A stretch of DNA of 64,000 nucleotides. Origin: Marsupella aquatica (lineage: Eukaryota; Plantae; Marchantiophyta). Under the pieces are notes generated by a model. That model was not told the origin of the DNA. It saw only the letters and a program-made list of their open reading frames with translations, and searched no databases. The stretch covers positions 10,417,875-10,481,874 of the forward strand of contig OZ316891.1 of the NCBI GenBank assembly GCA_973895155.1. Direction: 5' to 3'. This document shows, piece after piece, positions 36,919 through 49,945 of this stretch. Each line of letters starts with the position of its first letter. Position 1 is the stretch's first letter. The position numbers and the translations under genes were made by a program.

Positions 36919-37340
36919 TCTCAGAGAGGGTCTCTGAGAGGTTGGGTCTCATCTAGCAACCTTTTTGACCCAAGAGGAGGTCTGGGTGAACTACTCTCTG
37001 GCCACTTGGGTCACACGGCTCCATCTCAGAGATGGTCTCCGAGCAATTGGGTTGCAATCTCGCTTCCCTTTCCACCCAAGACGCGATTGACATTTTTTGT
37101 CGTTTGGCCGTTCGGGCCACACCACTCCATCTCAGAGAGAGTCTCTGACATTGGATGTGGGATAGAACCAATTTGGGTCCTTCCTTTGAAATGGAATACC
37201 CTTAATTTCATCTTGGAGAGGGTCTCTGAGAGACAAAGTGTATGTTGTAGCTAACCCTTTGAAACTATTACGAGGGTCCACAAGTTGTGTCATCTGGCCA
37301 AAGTATGCCCACGACTCCATCTCAGAGAGGCTCTCAGAGA
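36919..37340. repeat. Five copies of the palindrome TCTCAGAGA-N3-TCTCTGAGA at about 80-110 bp spacing
   Basis: 36919-36939 (perfect), 37024-37044, 37130-37150, 37211-37231, 37320-37340. Confidence 0.9.
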
Positions 37341-37439
37341 GGCTAGGTTTCATCTGGCAACCTTTTTGACCCAAGAGGCGTAATTTTCTACCGTGAAGTT
37401 CACTAGAGTGTTGCACTTTTTTCTACTTCTCATATTTTA

Positions 37440-37460
37440 CCCTAAACCCTAAACCCTAAA
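37440..37460 (+). repeat. Interstitial plant telomere-type repeat (CCCTAAA)3 / telo-box
   Basis: ccctaaaccctaaaccctaaa. Confidence 0.7.
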
Positions 37461-38475
37461 CTCTTTACTAAAACAAAACCCTAAGCATAATTGGCCGCCT
37501 TCATTAAGTCTCCTTCAACAAACCCTCCTTGACCTTGTCAACTTGTGCTCTTCCCCCTTCTCTTAACCCCAATTTCCTCTTTTAGTTAAGCCACCCAAAT
37601 GATCATGTGGGCAACCATTTCCTCTTTGAGTTGAGGCACAGAGATGTTGACACGTCTTAGTAGGTCTCGGAATGAAATGATGGCGAGGGTCTCTTAGATT
37701 CGGACTCGTTTGAGCTGTAGGCCGAAGTCCCTAATTGTACCCTAAATGTACCCTAAACTTTCTCGTACTAGTGGTCAGTACTCGCATTAGCATTGTGTAC
37801 TTTCTTGTTTGGGCCGTTAACAACATGTACGTATTGAAGTATAGTTAGGATCTCCCGTATCTATTGCGTACTTAGTGTTGTGCAATACGTGCGGTACGTT
37901 TTTCCTTGAAGAGGATGTTGTTCCTTCCTCGTCACTCTTCCACGGTGTGACATTAGGTTTGGCACTCGTCTTCATCACTAATCCCCGGACCTCCTCACTT
38001 TGCCTCACTCTTTTGCGCAATCCCTCACTCGCCCACGCTCTCATTCGTGCTCTTCCTCAATCTTTGCATATTGGTCTGTGCAATCTCTCACTTCTCTGCG
38101 CTCACATCCGCGTTGTTCCTGCTCTTCTTCAGTTGTCCCACTCACAGTAAACTCTCCTGTGCTGCAACCCTGTTATCGAGTCTATTGGATTGCGTTGGTG
38201 TTTTGAGGTAGTGAGCTAGTGGTAGCTTCTCCGTGAGCGTTTGCGACAAAAAAATTTGTGAGTGTTGGTGATTCTCTCAGGTTTTTCTCTTGGCTCCCCC
38301 TTTTTCTTGATATGTCAAATTCATTTGTACATGAATCAAATGTGTGAAAGGCTGGACCCCGCGTATCCTTGAAAACTGGCTCTCTCGGCGGGGCTCGCTG
38401 AGATCTTGTCAGGTTTATAGGTCAAGCTATTGCTGAGTAATGACTCTTTCATTTCTCATGTAATCTTAGGTCAAA

Positions 38476-38789
38476 ATGCCAAAGAGGAAAGACTCGACTG
38501 GAGCTGGACCTGCCAACAGCCAAACTTCTCATCAGAGTAAGAAACCACGATCCAAGTCTCCTTCGCTAGTCATGTCTCGACTGACGCGCTCACAGGGTGG
38601 TCCACTTATGGAGTCAGTCGACTCCAGAGGAAGTTTGAGCCAAAGCAGATATCATTGGAGCCTATTGGAGCGGCAAAATTGGCTGATATTGCTGAGAAGG
38701 GAGCTTGGGATTCGATTGTCTCCAAGTATGAGACAAAGTTTAGTAAGGATCCGCCCCGGATCCCCTTGTGCCGGCTCATGCCAATGGAG
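38476..38789 (+). pseudogene. 5' fragment of a second ParB-like gene, paralog of 11901-16071, truncated by an LTR-element insertion
   Basis: An alternate frame gives SIVSKYETKFSKDPPRIPLCRLMPME, versus LISKHVMCFGKDSHGFDKEPPRIPLCQLVHME in the 12.2-kb gene. It ends abruptly at TGTCACGCC (38790). Confidence 0.7.
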
Positions 38790-41030
38790 TGTCACGCCGT
38801 AAGCTTCATCCTTACACGGAGTTTGGCTTAGATGGGCATAATCTTCATCAGTTTCGAGGGTTTGGGCAAGGAGGAACGTGCAGACTGAACCTTACTCCCG
38901 TAATCTAGCACTAAGTGCGCCTATTCTTACTTACAGAAATGTCATGGGTATAATTATTTTGTGTTCCGCTGCCGGAACGTACCTTAAGTCGATAGCTAGA
39001 TCGACCCCGGCTTAAGGGCTTCTAAGCCTTTGTACTGGCCGCCTTCAATCCGGATCCGATAATATGGGTATCCAACCCGGGCTTGCAACCACCATCCGCA
39101 GCCTACACCCCATGCACGGCTCAGATGATGCATTTGTCCAAGCATTCTCTACCCATATACAAGATTCATACATGCAACTGAACTTACACACATACATCTC
39201 GGTTTACACGAAGGAAATGGTGGGAAAAGACTTTACTTTAGAATCCGTCATACACATATGCACGGTTGAATTGACATCTTTTGAGTAAACAGGCCCAACG
39301 GCAGAGCGGCATACACTACAATGGAGCTCGGCTCCGCACTCGCCCAGTGAGCTTAGTCGTACCCTCCCTCATTGGAATCTTTTACTCACAAAGGCTGGGA
39401 CTCCTCGCACATCATATGGATACCCGGTTCTGAAACTAAAATCCCCCTACCTCTATTGGGGGGTGCACTAAATACTAAGAGCCGGGGTCCGGACCGACCA
39501 CGTGCTCAAATCTAAGCGATCCAAGATTCTAAACTCTGCTAACTGTTAGGCCGTAAAATGACATGTCTTATTCTAAGATCGATCCTAACTACGAAGGTTG
39601 GCCGGATAGGACAGCACTGCTAACTAGTGTCGGCGCTTGTCCGTATTGCCTGACTATCCTATTTCTAACTCTATTCTAAACGTATTTTGCCACTAATGTC
39701 CGGCACGCTTGCCAGATCCCCCAGAGTTGGACTTGGAGCGGCCATCCCGTTGCCTTCTGAGACAGTCGGCGTCCTATTTAAGCAACTGGACCTGGTCCAG
39801 CAGAGATTTGTTTTCTCATTTTGCCGCGTCCGTCTCCTCTATGACTTCCTGGCACGCCTCCTCCAGTTGTTGGGCGTCGCTCGTCAGCTTGTCCACCACT
39901 GGGCCTGCTCTGTGGCTTCTCCTTGAAGCCGTGCCACTTCCGCCTTCAAAATGTCTATCTCGGCTGTATCCCGTTGGGCCTGAGCGTCGGCCTCCTCCAC
40001 ATCCTTTTGCCAGATGACGGCTTGTCCCTTCAAACCGTCAATCTGGGTTCGGAGCCGTGCGATCTCAACGTCTTTCTCGGCTCTGGCCTACTCTGCCAAA
40101 GCTGCCCGGGCTCTGGCTTCGGCCACTTGATCTTCAGTGGCCGCTACCTGAGGTTGCAACAGTTGGAGTACGTTTGGTCTCTCGGGCTGCCATTTCGTCT
40201 TTCAGGTGGGCAGACTCAACTCGATACCGATCTATTCTCTGCGTAGCCTCAGACTGTGCATGCCCTACTTGCACGGCCGCAACCAACTCCTGGTTGAAGA
40301 AGTAGGCCACCAGGTTGTTAGATATTGCTCTAGTCTTGTGACTCATGAGCTAACCACAGTTAGTCTAACTTGGGTTAGGACTTAGCTAATGTTAGCGGTA
40401 GTGCTGTTGTGTATATAGCCAGGGCTGAAGCCAGACCCTGGCGGAACTTAGGCTCATTGTTACGGAGCTAATTGAGAGATAGGGAGAGCTTGTGCTGTGG
40501 ATGCTTGGTATGGCCGGTCGGCCTAGAGTGCAGTAAAGCTCTTGTGTGTTCCCGTGGACGTAGCCTCATGTGGAGGCGAACCACGTATCTCTCTGTGTTG
40601 ACTATTGTGCATTGATGGTTCATGGGCTTGCCGTTACAAATGTCGTCTATGCTCAACACACCTTCCGTGCCATGTACTCCCCGGTATCCCGTGCAATTAG
40701 TTGAGAGAAGTCTCCTAGCAACCCATTCAGAAATGTGCTCGGTGCAAAGAGTTCCGTGTAGTCCAGACTATGCCCATCCGGGTTCAGGCAAGGACAGACC
40801 TCAGCTTGCACGGGAGTTGGAGTGGAGACATCCAGTCCTTGAAGTATGACAGTAGAGGGGGCTGGGTTCACTGGGGCTGGGCGGTTCTCCTGAACAGCCG
40901 TGGAGGGTGGCGGGATCTCCTCTACCACTGTAGTCTCAGGCTCGGGTCCGGCCTCTGCCAGCCCGGCTTCAATCGCGCTGATCTGGTTGATCGATCCATG
41001 ACATACCTCAACCCCTAGAGCAACTAAAAC
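38790..41030 (-). mobile_element. Remnant of an LTR (probably Ty3/gypsy) retrotransposon end region with a decayed coiled-coil ORF
   Basis: Begins with an LTR-like TGTCACG end. Broken minus-strand ORF at about 39690-41020 rich in E/Q/K/R. No TSD or pol domains seen. Confidence 0.45.
40316..40658. mobile_element. Solo LTR
   Basis: TGTTAG...CTCAACA. Degenerate TSD CAGGT/CACCT. Removal rejoins the interrupted ORF in frame (EYMAR-NLVAYFF). Homologs at about 51403-51730, 51732-52072 and 62592-62970. Confidence 0.75.
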
Positions 41031-42097
41031 ATCTGGGTCATCAGATCCACCCAAAGGTATGATGTCCTCCTCTTCCACTCCAAAGGAGTCTATCATGTCC
41101 TTTGGCCAGATGGAGTCATTGTCATCCTGCATGACATGTTGGTAATTGTTGGAGTCTAAGATAACAATGTGCTTGAGAACTATTTTTCCAGTGACATAAT
41201 CGTTTGGGTACATATAATTAGCATGATACATCTAACAATTTTGTATAAATAGTCATTCATTGGTTGAACCTGAGACATTGTGGTCAGGGAAAACATCCTC
41301 ATGCCCTCCCCCCATTCCTCCCTCGTTATGTGTGGGCTGCTGCTTATGTAAAGAGTCCTGAAAATTCACTGCAATTGTTAGGCTCACAAAGCAGAAGGGA
41401 ATAAATTGTGTGACTTCAATTTCATACAATACAAAAAACAATTGAAATCCATGACTTCAGACCAAAATCCATTTGTTAGACTAGTGTTGCAATTCCATTT
41501 TGGATATATAGGCTTTTATAATGTACAATGTAAGAGAAATACATTGTCTTACACAAACAAAGTTGAACCTGAGACATAGGGACTTGTGTGACTTTCATTG
41601 GACACAACATCATAAATTGTGATAAATCTTTCCAATGAAAATGAGGCAAGAAGGCAAATAACCTAGAGGAGCCTACATTTGGCTCCTCCTCAACCAGGTC
41701 TGAATTGAGATCAAACATGACGGTGTCGGGTGCAGCGAATGGTTCTGGTCTCTCTGCCCCAGATGCCAATGCGTCATGCTGGATTGTTGCTGCCTCATTT
41801 GCTCCCTACATCCTCAACTCATCAATTTCAACTCTACAAGTGTCAAGCAACAAGTGAACAACTGTAGCATGTGTCGTATTTGGGCCATCCCCCAATAAAC
41901 CCCTTAAGACCCTCCCACTCATCCCATTGCTCCAATGGGACTCGGATTGGTGGCTTGGCAACCGGTCTTGTCCTCTTCCTATATTCCATGTCATCACTTG
42001 GATACTTTGGTCGTGAAGGACCAACACCCTGAGGAGGACGTTTACGACATCTACTAGGAAGATCAGGAGGCTCCCAGACAGCATGGTAGACAAAGTA

Positions 42098-42960
42098 AAA
42101 AACTGATGTGCTGCCGAAGTAAAAAATGACACCTAAAAAGATTACTATAGAAAGGTAGAACACTCCATCCCATACACTGTGGTAAACACATTAAAAAACT
42201 GATGTGGGGTAGCGAGGATCATCAGTTATCAGTTTTTCCGCCTTGAAATTTCTGAATGAGCAGTTGAGATAGGGCCTTCGTATTTTCGCGCATCTCGGCT
42301 GGGGCAGCTGAGATTGACTCAATCTCAGCTGACCTCGCCGAGGACAAAACAAAACAAACAAAAATTCCAACAACAAAAATTTGACAAAATTGGTGTCTGT
42401 ACCATACGGACATCGGACTATCTCGGCGGGTCTCGCCGAGATGTGGTATCTGTACGGTACGGACACCCATAGTGGAAAAATTTCTCCATCAAATTTTGAG
42501 AAAAAAATTCAATTTTTTTTCAGCGCCTCAACTTGGCGGCCTCTTTGAGATGATGTGGCGACTGATATCAGGTCGACTGATGGAAAACACTGATAACTGA
42601 TGATGTAGCTTTACTCAACTGATGTGCTCCCTAGGTAAAAAAACACCTAAAAGATTACTATAGAAAGGTAGGACACTCCATCCCATACACTGTGGTAAAC
42701 AAAGTAAAAAACTGATGTGCTGCCTAAGTAAAAAAACACCTAAAAAGATTACTAGAGTAAGGTAGGGCGCTCCATACCAAACACTATGGTAAACAAAGTA
42801 AAAAATTGATGTGCTGCCTCGGTAAAACAAATCACCTAAAAAATTACTAGAGGAAAGGTAGGATGCTCATACACTGCCACTGACATCAGCAAAAACCTGA
42901 TGTGCTCCCTAAGTAAAAAAAACACCTAACAAGATTACTAAAGAAAAGGTAGGACATAGA
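42098..42960. repeat. About 93-bp tandem repeat (about 5 units) interrupted by a 0.4-kb inverted-repeat-bounded insertion (about 42218-42604)
   Basis: Unit AAAACTGATGTGCTGCC..GTAAAAAAACACCTAAAAGATTACTA..GAAAGGTAG. Insertion bounded by CATCAGTTATCAGT...ACTGATAACTGATG. Confidence 0.75.
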
Positions 42961-44686
42961 CAGGGTGCCAAACCCCATCCTCTACATAATAAAGACAATT
43001 TTAGGTACTTTCACAAAACACAAGCGCATAACATAAGATGAGAAGGGGGAATTTGCAACTACCCTACAGAGACTACTTTTTTGAAGCTGCTATATGGTGC
43101 TTTCAGTATTTTGTCTTATTCAAACTTCTTTTGTTATGCATTTTTATTTCATTTTGTCTTACCAAGGTGCATTCCTTGTATAGTTTAGATTTTCAATTTA
43201 TTCTGGCACCCTTCTAATTCTTTGCTATATTTTAAGATCATCCACCCTCTAACAAAGCTCGTTGAATTTCTAGCCCTTATTCTCATGAGTACAGAAAAAA
43301 TGATCTAAATATAATGTGCACACCTTATGTCTTTAAGTACTGCTCATGGTTTTGTGTCATAAATTTATGGTTTTAATTATTTTGAGTATCATTATCTAAA
43401 GTAAATACTTAAGTATCTCTACTCATGTATAATATGTGCACATCCCAATACCATAAACTTAAACTTTCCTGTTCATTATTATTTTCTTTACATGTGTACT
43501 TTTATTTTTGTATCTTTTGTGCACAAGTTTCAATATCACAGACTGTACTTCTCCCTAGTCAATGTCCTGTTTTTATTTTAATTAGAACAGCTATATATCA
43601 TTAAAAAACAAAAAATGAAGCATGTTCCAAGATGAACATGCTATATATAAAGACAACAACTAAGACTGTTCACTAGTTCACCAGCCAGGCTTTTTATACT
43701 TTTTATACTGTATCCTAATCCAGTTCAGAATTTCATACATCCATAGGAGCCCTAGGATACTGCATGTGACGGATGTATTAGTATACATGACTTATACTAG
43801 AATCTCCATATGGGACAGAAATTGCCACAGAACTTCTTACTTTTCAAATATCTTATGAGCCAAGATTCTTCTCGAAAGCTCCCCATCCTTATGGAAATTC
43901 AATTCCCATCCATAAGGATAGCTTTTTGTAATGGTCCTGACAATCTCTTGACATGCTAAATAATGAATGCATAGATCTTACCTACGTCTTTTATGGTCCT
44001 TTATGGCACTTCACTTTGTACTGTGACTGCCCGAATCTGCCCACTGCAGCTGCCCGGATTATTTTGAATTTCAAAAAACATGCGAACCAATGGGATTGCA
44101 GCGTTTGTTTTTGGCTGTTTTCTACCAGAATATTAGGTATTTTGGGACACTGTTTTTTCCCAGTTGTAGATCTCGTCGAGATCTACAATTTGAGTCCAAT
44201 ATCGAATCGAACGGTCCAGTGTAGGCGCGGCTACAAATACATATCCGACGGATATTAGGAGGCGCAGCAGAAATATGCAAGGCAGACGATACGCGATACC
44301 TTTTGGTATGAGCACTCCGCGTAATGCAGAGTGCTAAATACGGCGAGTTGTGGTTTAAAATACATAGGCCTTTAACATGTAACGATTGAGTAACCCTTAT
44401 AAAAAATTTCTGCTGTATTTAACTTGTATCCGCTAGGTGTTCCTCATGATTATTATCGCCTTTGTATCCTATTGCCTTGTTTGCTTTGGTGGACACTGAT
44501 TTCTAAGTGATCAAAGTCTAGAATAAAACATAACATAAATCCAATGGTCAGGCATGAGGCCAAAGCAACTTCAAGTAAATTAAATGTTGTCATTGATAAG
44601 AAGAAATGATTAGTCACATGGAAAGATGCTTAGTACATGTAAACCTGCATCAAACATAAATGCAAGACACTAAGAGGAAAAACCAA

Positions 44687-46762
44687 AAATATTTGATCAT
44701 CTGTAAACTAGAGAATATTTACTTAGGTTCAATTAGTTGTTTGAATGAATCAGCAACTGCACATTATGGCATTTAATCTACTGCATGGTCAGCATTACTC
44801 TGGTAGAGTCTAGGGTAGGTTCCATAACACCCCTCTAGATGTACTCCATATCAATCAGGGTATCAGTAACTTGCGAGCAAACAGGAGGACATTTGGGGTT
44901 TCAGATATAGTCAAGTTTGCAATCCACATGTTCACAATCCACACACCATTTGTCAATCCTCCTTGAAAACATGGCACAAAATTGTAGGTATTTGGAACCA
45001 CCCGTTATTGCCAAAAGGTGAAGCTCCAAATCTTGAGTGTGCTGTCTTTCCCCATAAATGCACTGAACTACGCAGAAAAATTTCAAGGGCATTATTAAGG
45101 ATCGCGGTTTGGTGGCTCGGATCGATGAACTCCATCATCTGAACATATCAACAATCTACCGTATCAAATTCAAAAGGCTTTCTGGGGTCCCGCCCAAAAT
45201 TGACGTGCAATGTTGACCTTAAACCCTTCAGGCTGATGGTGGGATACAGTCGCCCTTGAGTTTGGGGGTCAATTTCTGCTCCGCCCACCATCTGGCCTCC
45301 CTTTGTGAAAAACATCTTCTTGGTTTCATAATTCAAACCTGCACCCTCAGTGTCTCCAGGTGAGAAAAGTTGAGCCAATTGTTCCATGTGGAACGGCTTT
45401 CCAGGCATGATTTTTTTGATCACTGGAAATTTATAAGTAATCTTGGTTCATTAGGTTCAATTTCCCACAAAACGATGGGAATATCTTAGGACTTCAGAAT
45501 TTCACAAGTGAAGGCTAATCAAATCGACCGAGGCATTGAATCAGACGATAGTTTCACGAATGCTTAACAACTTTCAACAGAACTAGTATGGCTGGATCAA
45601 TGTTGGCTGGCATATCAGTACTCCATACTAAATCCTAATAAGCAACTGCATGGCTCACATTCTTCTTTATGGATGCAAAGGAATTATAAGACATGAGTGG
45701 GCTACTGTTTGCATCGTTGATACCTGCACCCACATGGCTCACATTCTTCTTTATGGATGCAAAGGAATTATAAGACATGAGTGGGCTACTGTTTGTATCG
45801 TTGATACCTGCACCCACAGTGTCACCTACGTTGAAGGTTGGGCCAAATGGTTCGCCCGCTTTTGAACCACGGTAGAGCTTCCCATCCGCATGGTACCCAT
45901 AACTATTGGGCACCCATCCTGGTGCGTTGTGGAAAGTGAACGTCTCATCGGAGAACCCTATGGCAGCACTTCCGAAAAAAATTTCAAGGTAATCCATGGT
46001 GGCCTCAAAATAGTAAAGCCCTTTTAGGGGGACTGGCTGGTCAGCCTGAACTGCCACTACCCCACTTTTGCAAGTAGCGATTGTTCTAGACGAAACAGTG
46101 CAAAACGTATGGCGTCTGATTGTGTCCAAAGAGCTGGGCAAAGGTTCCTCTACTTCGACTCCTTTACATCCCAAAAGACACATAATGATGAACCCAATCT
46201 CTGACTGATGCTACTATCAGTGTGCCACCTTGCCCACCAGAACTGACCTCGACAAGTAAGGTAGAGAAGTCTGGATGATACCCCTGAATGCTATCAAGCT
46301 GGAGCTTTGAAGCACCAATGATCCCAGATACCGTATTGTGTGAAGCGAGCAATTAAGAGCCGCACTGGCCACCGTGGGACAAAATATTTGCTACTACTCT
46401 AATGGAAGGAGGAATGCATGCTGGTCCAAATGGGGTAAGAGAACTGGGCTTGAGAAAGCCATTAATTCGTGAAACAAGACAACCGACTGCATCTTAATTG
46501 GTAATCGTTGTGAAGAAAAAATCCTCGTCATGGGCTTGAAATTGCGAGTGCATGCAAGGTTAGGGTAACGTGTCTTTGCGAGGTAGGGCCAAGAGAAGCT
46601 AATATATTCTCTACTAAGAAAAGTCCTTTCCAATTTGGGTCGAAAAGGCAAAACTGTCAAGGCTGATATGAGAGGTTGCGACTCTTCCCACCCAATCAAA
46701 ACGCAAGAACATTCTATTTTTTTTTTAAGGGTGGCATGACAGATGCCATTATTGGTCTTGGA
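44687..46762 (-). pseudogene. Copy C of the MFL1-carrier/SPRY chimeric segment, with an in-frame 84-bp tandem duplication (45649-45816)
   Basis: SPRY ORFs 45635-46183 and 45148-45423. Reverse-complement match to 32980-35186. Confidence 0.8.
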
Positions 46763-47560
46763 CGAGTAGTTAGAGCACCTGAAATTGCACCAACCATGGC
46801 TCCAGAGAAAACACTCTGCCAGGGTTCCAAGGAATTTTTTCCAGTATATTTCAACAACACAGCTTTCACACACTCAAAAGCTGTGAAGCTTAACACACTG
46901 GAGGGAATTTTTCTGACCAACGCTGCAGAATAACCAGCATAAAGTCCACGCACTCCCTCGTTCTGGACTGTCCTTAGAAAGAGATGCCATGATCTTCCAG
47001 ACGCCCCTGCCTGCATGCGGTGTGTGCTTACCTCCTTTGGAACCAGAATTGTCGAAGATACAATGTTCCCAAATGCACCTGAAAGTGGAGGGATCAACAA
47101 AGGAGACACGGAGGTAAACTTTACCAATGCTCACCTTCCCAGTTCAATGCAACCAAAATAGACAGCGGACGAGAGTATAGATCCCGCTAACACAGCCGAT
47201 ATGCCACTGTAAACCCAATAACCCCCTTGGTTTTCAGTAATGAGACTACGACTTCAAATCCATTTTGTAGACTTGTGCAGCAGCTCCTCGTGTTGGAGCT
47301 TCGTCATGACAGTGTCAATTGGACGAAGGCAACAGTATGTGAATCCTCCGGCCAAACCCCCTACCATTGCTCCTATCCTGGCTCGATCCACCACGGATAT
47401 TTGCTTGTAGAAAGACCTTGCTTGTCCAACCTCACTAAACCAACCTCCGTTTGCGTTTTTCCTTGGGGAGACATCAGCACCCCCGCTGATCGCAGAACTC
47501 CGATTAGCATCATGGACATCACCAGCTCCACTCCACAAAAATAATGATTTAGAGAACACA
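46763..47560 (-). pseudogene. MFL1: MITOFERRINLIKE1-like mitochondrial-carrier-family pseudogene
   Basis: GAMVGGLAGGFTYCCLRPIDTVMTKLQ and LIPPLSGAFGNIVSSTILVPKEVSTHRMQAGASGRSW...GLYAGYSAALVR..LEPWQSVFSGAMVGAISGALTT, closely resembling plant MFL1. Frameshifted. Confidence 0.75.
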
Positions 47561-49945
47561 TCGCAGTAGGTTGCGCTGGGTAGCATGACTCCATCTGATA
47601 TTTTCCCCTCCTTTTGTAAGCATTCAACTTATCAACAGAATATAACTTTCACACTCCCTCCACTTCGATTTCTTCCACAAAGAAAATAATTTATTGCCAA
47701 ATCTAATAGAATGAAGCCAGTACAGAAAATTTCTTTACTTCACCACCCAGAAATGTAGGAAAGAGGTAATGGAGACTTCAATGAGTTCCTCATTTTCAAA
47801 TCCGCAACGATTACTAAACGACTAAAGCAGCCAATTCTGCCGATTCCTCGCCGTCCAGAATCCGAAACATGAAGAAAACATCCAACTTACAATTCAATCA
47901 AATTCATTGCTTCGTGTATGAATTGGCTAATTCAAAAGGTCTCCTAAGGAAGGTCGCGACAGAACCACCGAAAATTAAGCCAGAAATTCTGAGTACCACT
48001 GAACCACTTTATCAGAATTCTGCTATGTACAAGTTTCCGTAGATGAATATAATTTTCGTTGGATGATAATAGTTCGATTCCTAACCTGAAATACTTTTCC
48101 GGTAACCATCGAGTGAATACTTCTTCACCCCTCTTTCGATCTGCAGATTGGTATCGACATCAGGTATTCCGCCAGCCCTAAAAATGTTTCCACCTCTGAT
48201 CCATTTTGCTTAAACCTTCAGCGAGTTGGCAGAAACTCCCACATCTTCCATGACCCTAATTTGCTTGTATGAAAACGTCGCCCTCGAAATTGTTCCTCCA
48301 GATTGAATTGGAAACGGTCTACGCAACATATGAGTAGCACTTTGTCCCAGTAAGCATATTAAGCTGGGTCACACGTAAGGTGCAATCCTCGTCTCACACC
48401 CATCCAACTTCTCATTTCCACAGGCAAGGCGGAATTATCTCCGACCTATCCGATTCGAGGTTTTGAGAACAGAGGGAAGAGCGACAGGCAGCTTACCTGG
48501 TCAGTTCCAACAGTCTGGGAAAGGGAGATGGCAGCGACAACTCTACGCCTTCTGTAGCTGCTGCCGTGGGTGGCACCGTCGGATATCATGGTCATCAGCA
48601 TCATGACCATGGAGAGATCGAAGGAGCTGATCACGAGCATTGTTAGTTTGCACGGAGACGTCTGCCCGAATGGAATTCAACGCACATTTGACAGCGTCCC
48701 CCATGTTCGACAGGAGTGCAACGGGGATGGGTCCATTGCCTCTCCTTTCTCCCCTTCGCTCTCCAGATGTGAAAATCTCGGAATGGACTTCAGCACCAAC
48801 ATGGAAAGAATGGTGTCGATGCTCTCCACTGTCGATCTTCTCCCTCCCCGTCCTCCTCTCTGCTCCGCCTCCTCCGATGCAGCTACTGCCGTGGTTGAGC
48901 TGGTCGTCCATCATCATATTGCTCTGATGATTGGCCGCCTTATTCGGATCGGAGAGGAGAGGAGATTGAAGGTACTTTGTGGTCGGAAGTGTTTCCTCGA
49001 CTGAAGAGGTTCTGGCTCTTTGATTTCGTGCGCTTAGTAGACTGCGGATGTGTACCTTCTCTGTGGCAATATGTACATCTATCTCTATCTATCATCAATC
49101 ATCAATCATCAACCATTATAATATGATTACAAAATATGGCAAACATACTCCATGCACATACTCTATGTCTATTTCTGTTGATATAGCTGGCCAGTTTTTT
49201 TTTGTTTTTTTGTGTTTTTTTTGGAAAAGTGGAAGGCCCCAAAACTTTATATAGCTGGCCAGTTTTAAGACCATGCTTTTTTAATTTATTCACAAATTCA
49301 CATTTACTAAACGAGATGTCTGTTTACAAAAAGAGTTGTGGGTGGAAAACAATCCCATCTTTTTCTGCACCGAGCTGGATTGTCGCCAGAAACTTGCATG
49401 CCGCACTTGCCATCCCATGGGCTGCCTTGCCTGCCCCAGCACCTGCCCGGTCTGCACCTTGGTCCATGCGTGATGGTCCACGTCCACGCCCACAATGCCC
49501 ATATGGAGAGGGGGAGGAGTGTAAGGGGAGGTGAGGAGAGGGGGGGAATAGACGGAAAGAAAACACTGCCTCGCTCACCATCACCTCCCTCTGCCAGCAC
49601 CCCTTCTAGCCCTGGCATCCCTCTTCTCCTCACCCTCCTAACTTAAGTTCAGCAGTTCCCCGGGATGTCATGGCCTAACCTAACGTGTGCCCCTTCTAAC
49701 TAGTATTTGTTGCGACACGCTGGGTAACACTTCTGTGTGCCCATATGGTCGCAACGGCCACATGGAAGAGACCACATTTGTGCAATGTAGGGCATTTGGC
49801 TAGTCTTCTATAATTATATATAACAACTTTTAAGTACTTTGCCTCCAAAGATATTCTAGTTGACAATACTATCACAGTTTCTTTGGTATTTACAAATATT
49901 ATATGGTTTTATATATGGATGACAAGTTCACCAACATAACCATGG

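Noticed and set aside
36919-37340. CRISPR-like array (palindromic repeats with spacers)
   Set aside because: Spacers are 60-90 bp and partly homologous to each other, repeats are degenerate, there are no cas genes, and the context is eukaryotic.
44164-44255. Perfect 25-bp palindrome TTGTAGATCTCG-T-CGAGATCTACAA and nearby ATATCC-GAC-GGATAT
   Set aside because: They are not repeated and have no associated gene, so a function cannot be supported.
48446-49004. Overlapping ORFs on both strands, possible first exon
   Set aside because: No recognisable domain, and an internal stop precedes the candidate donor site.
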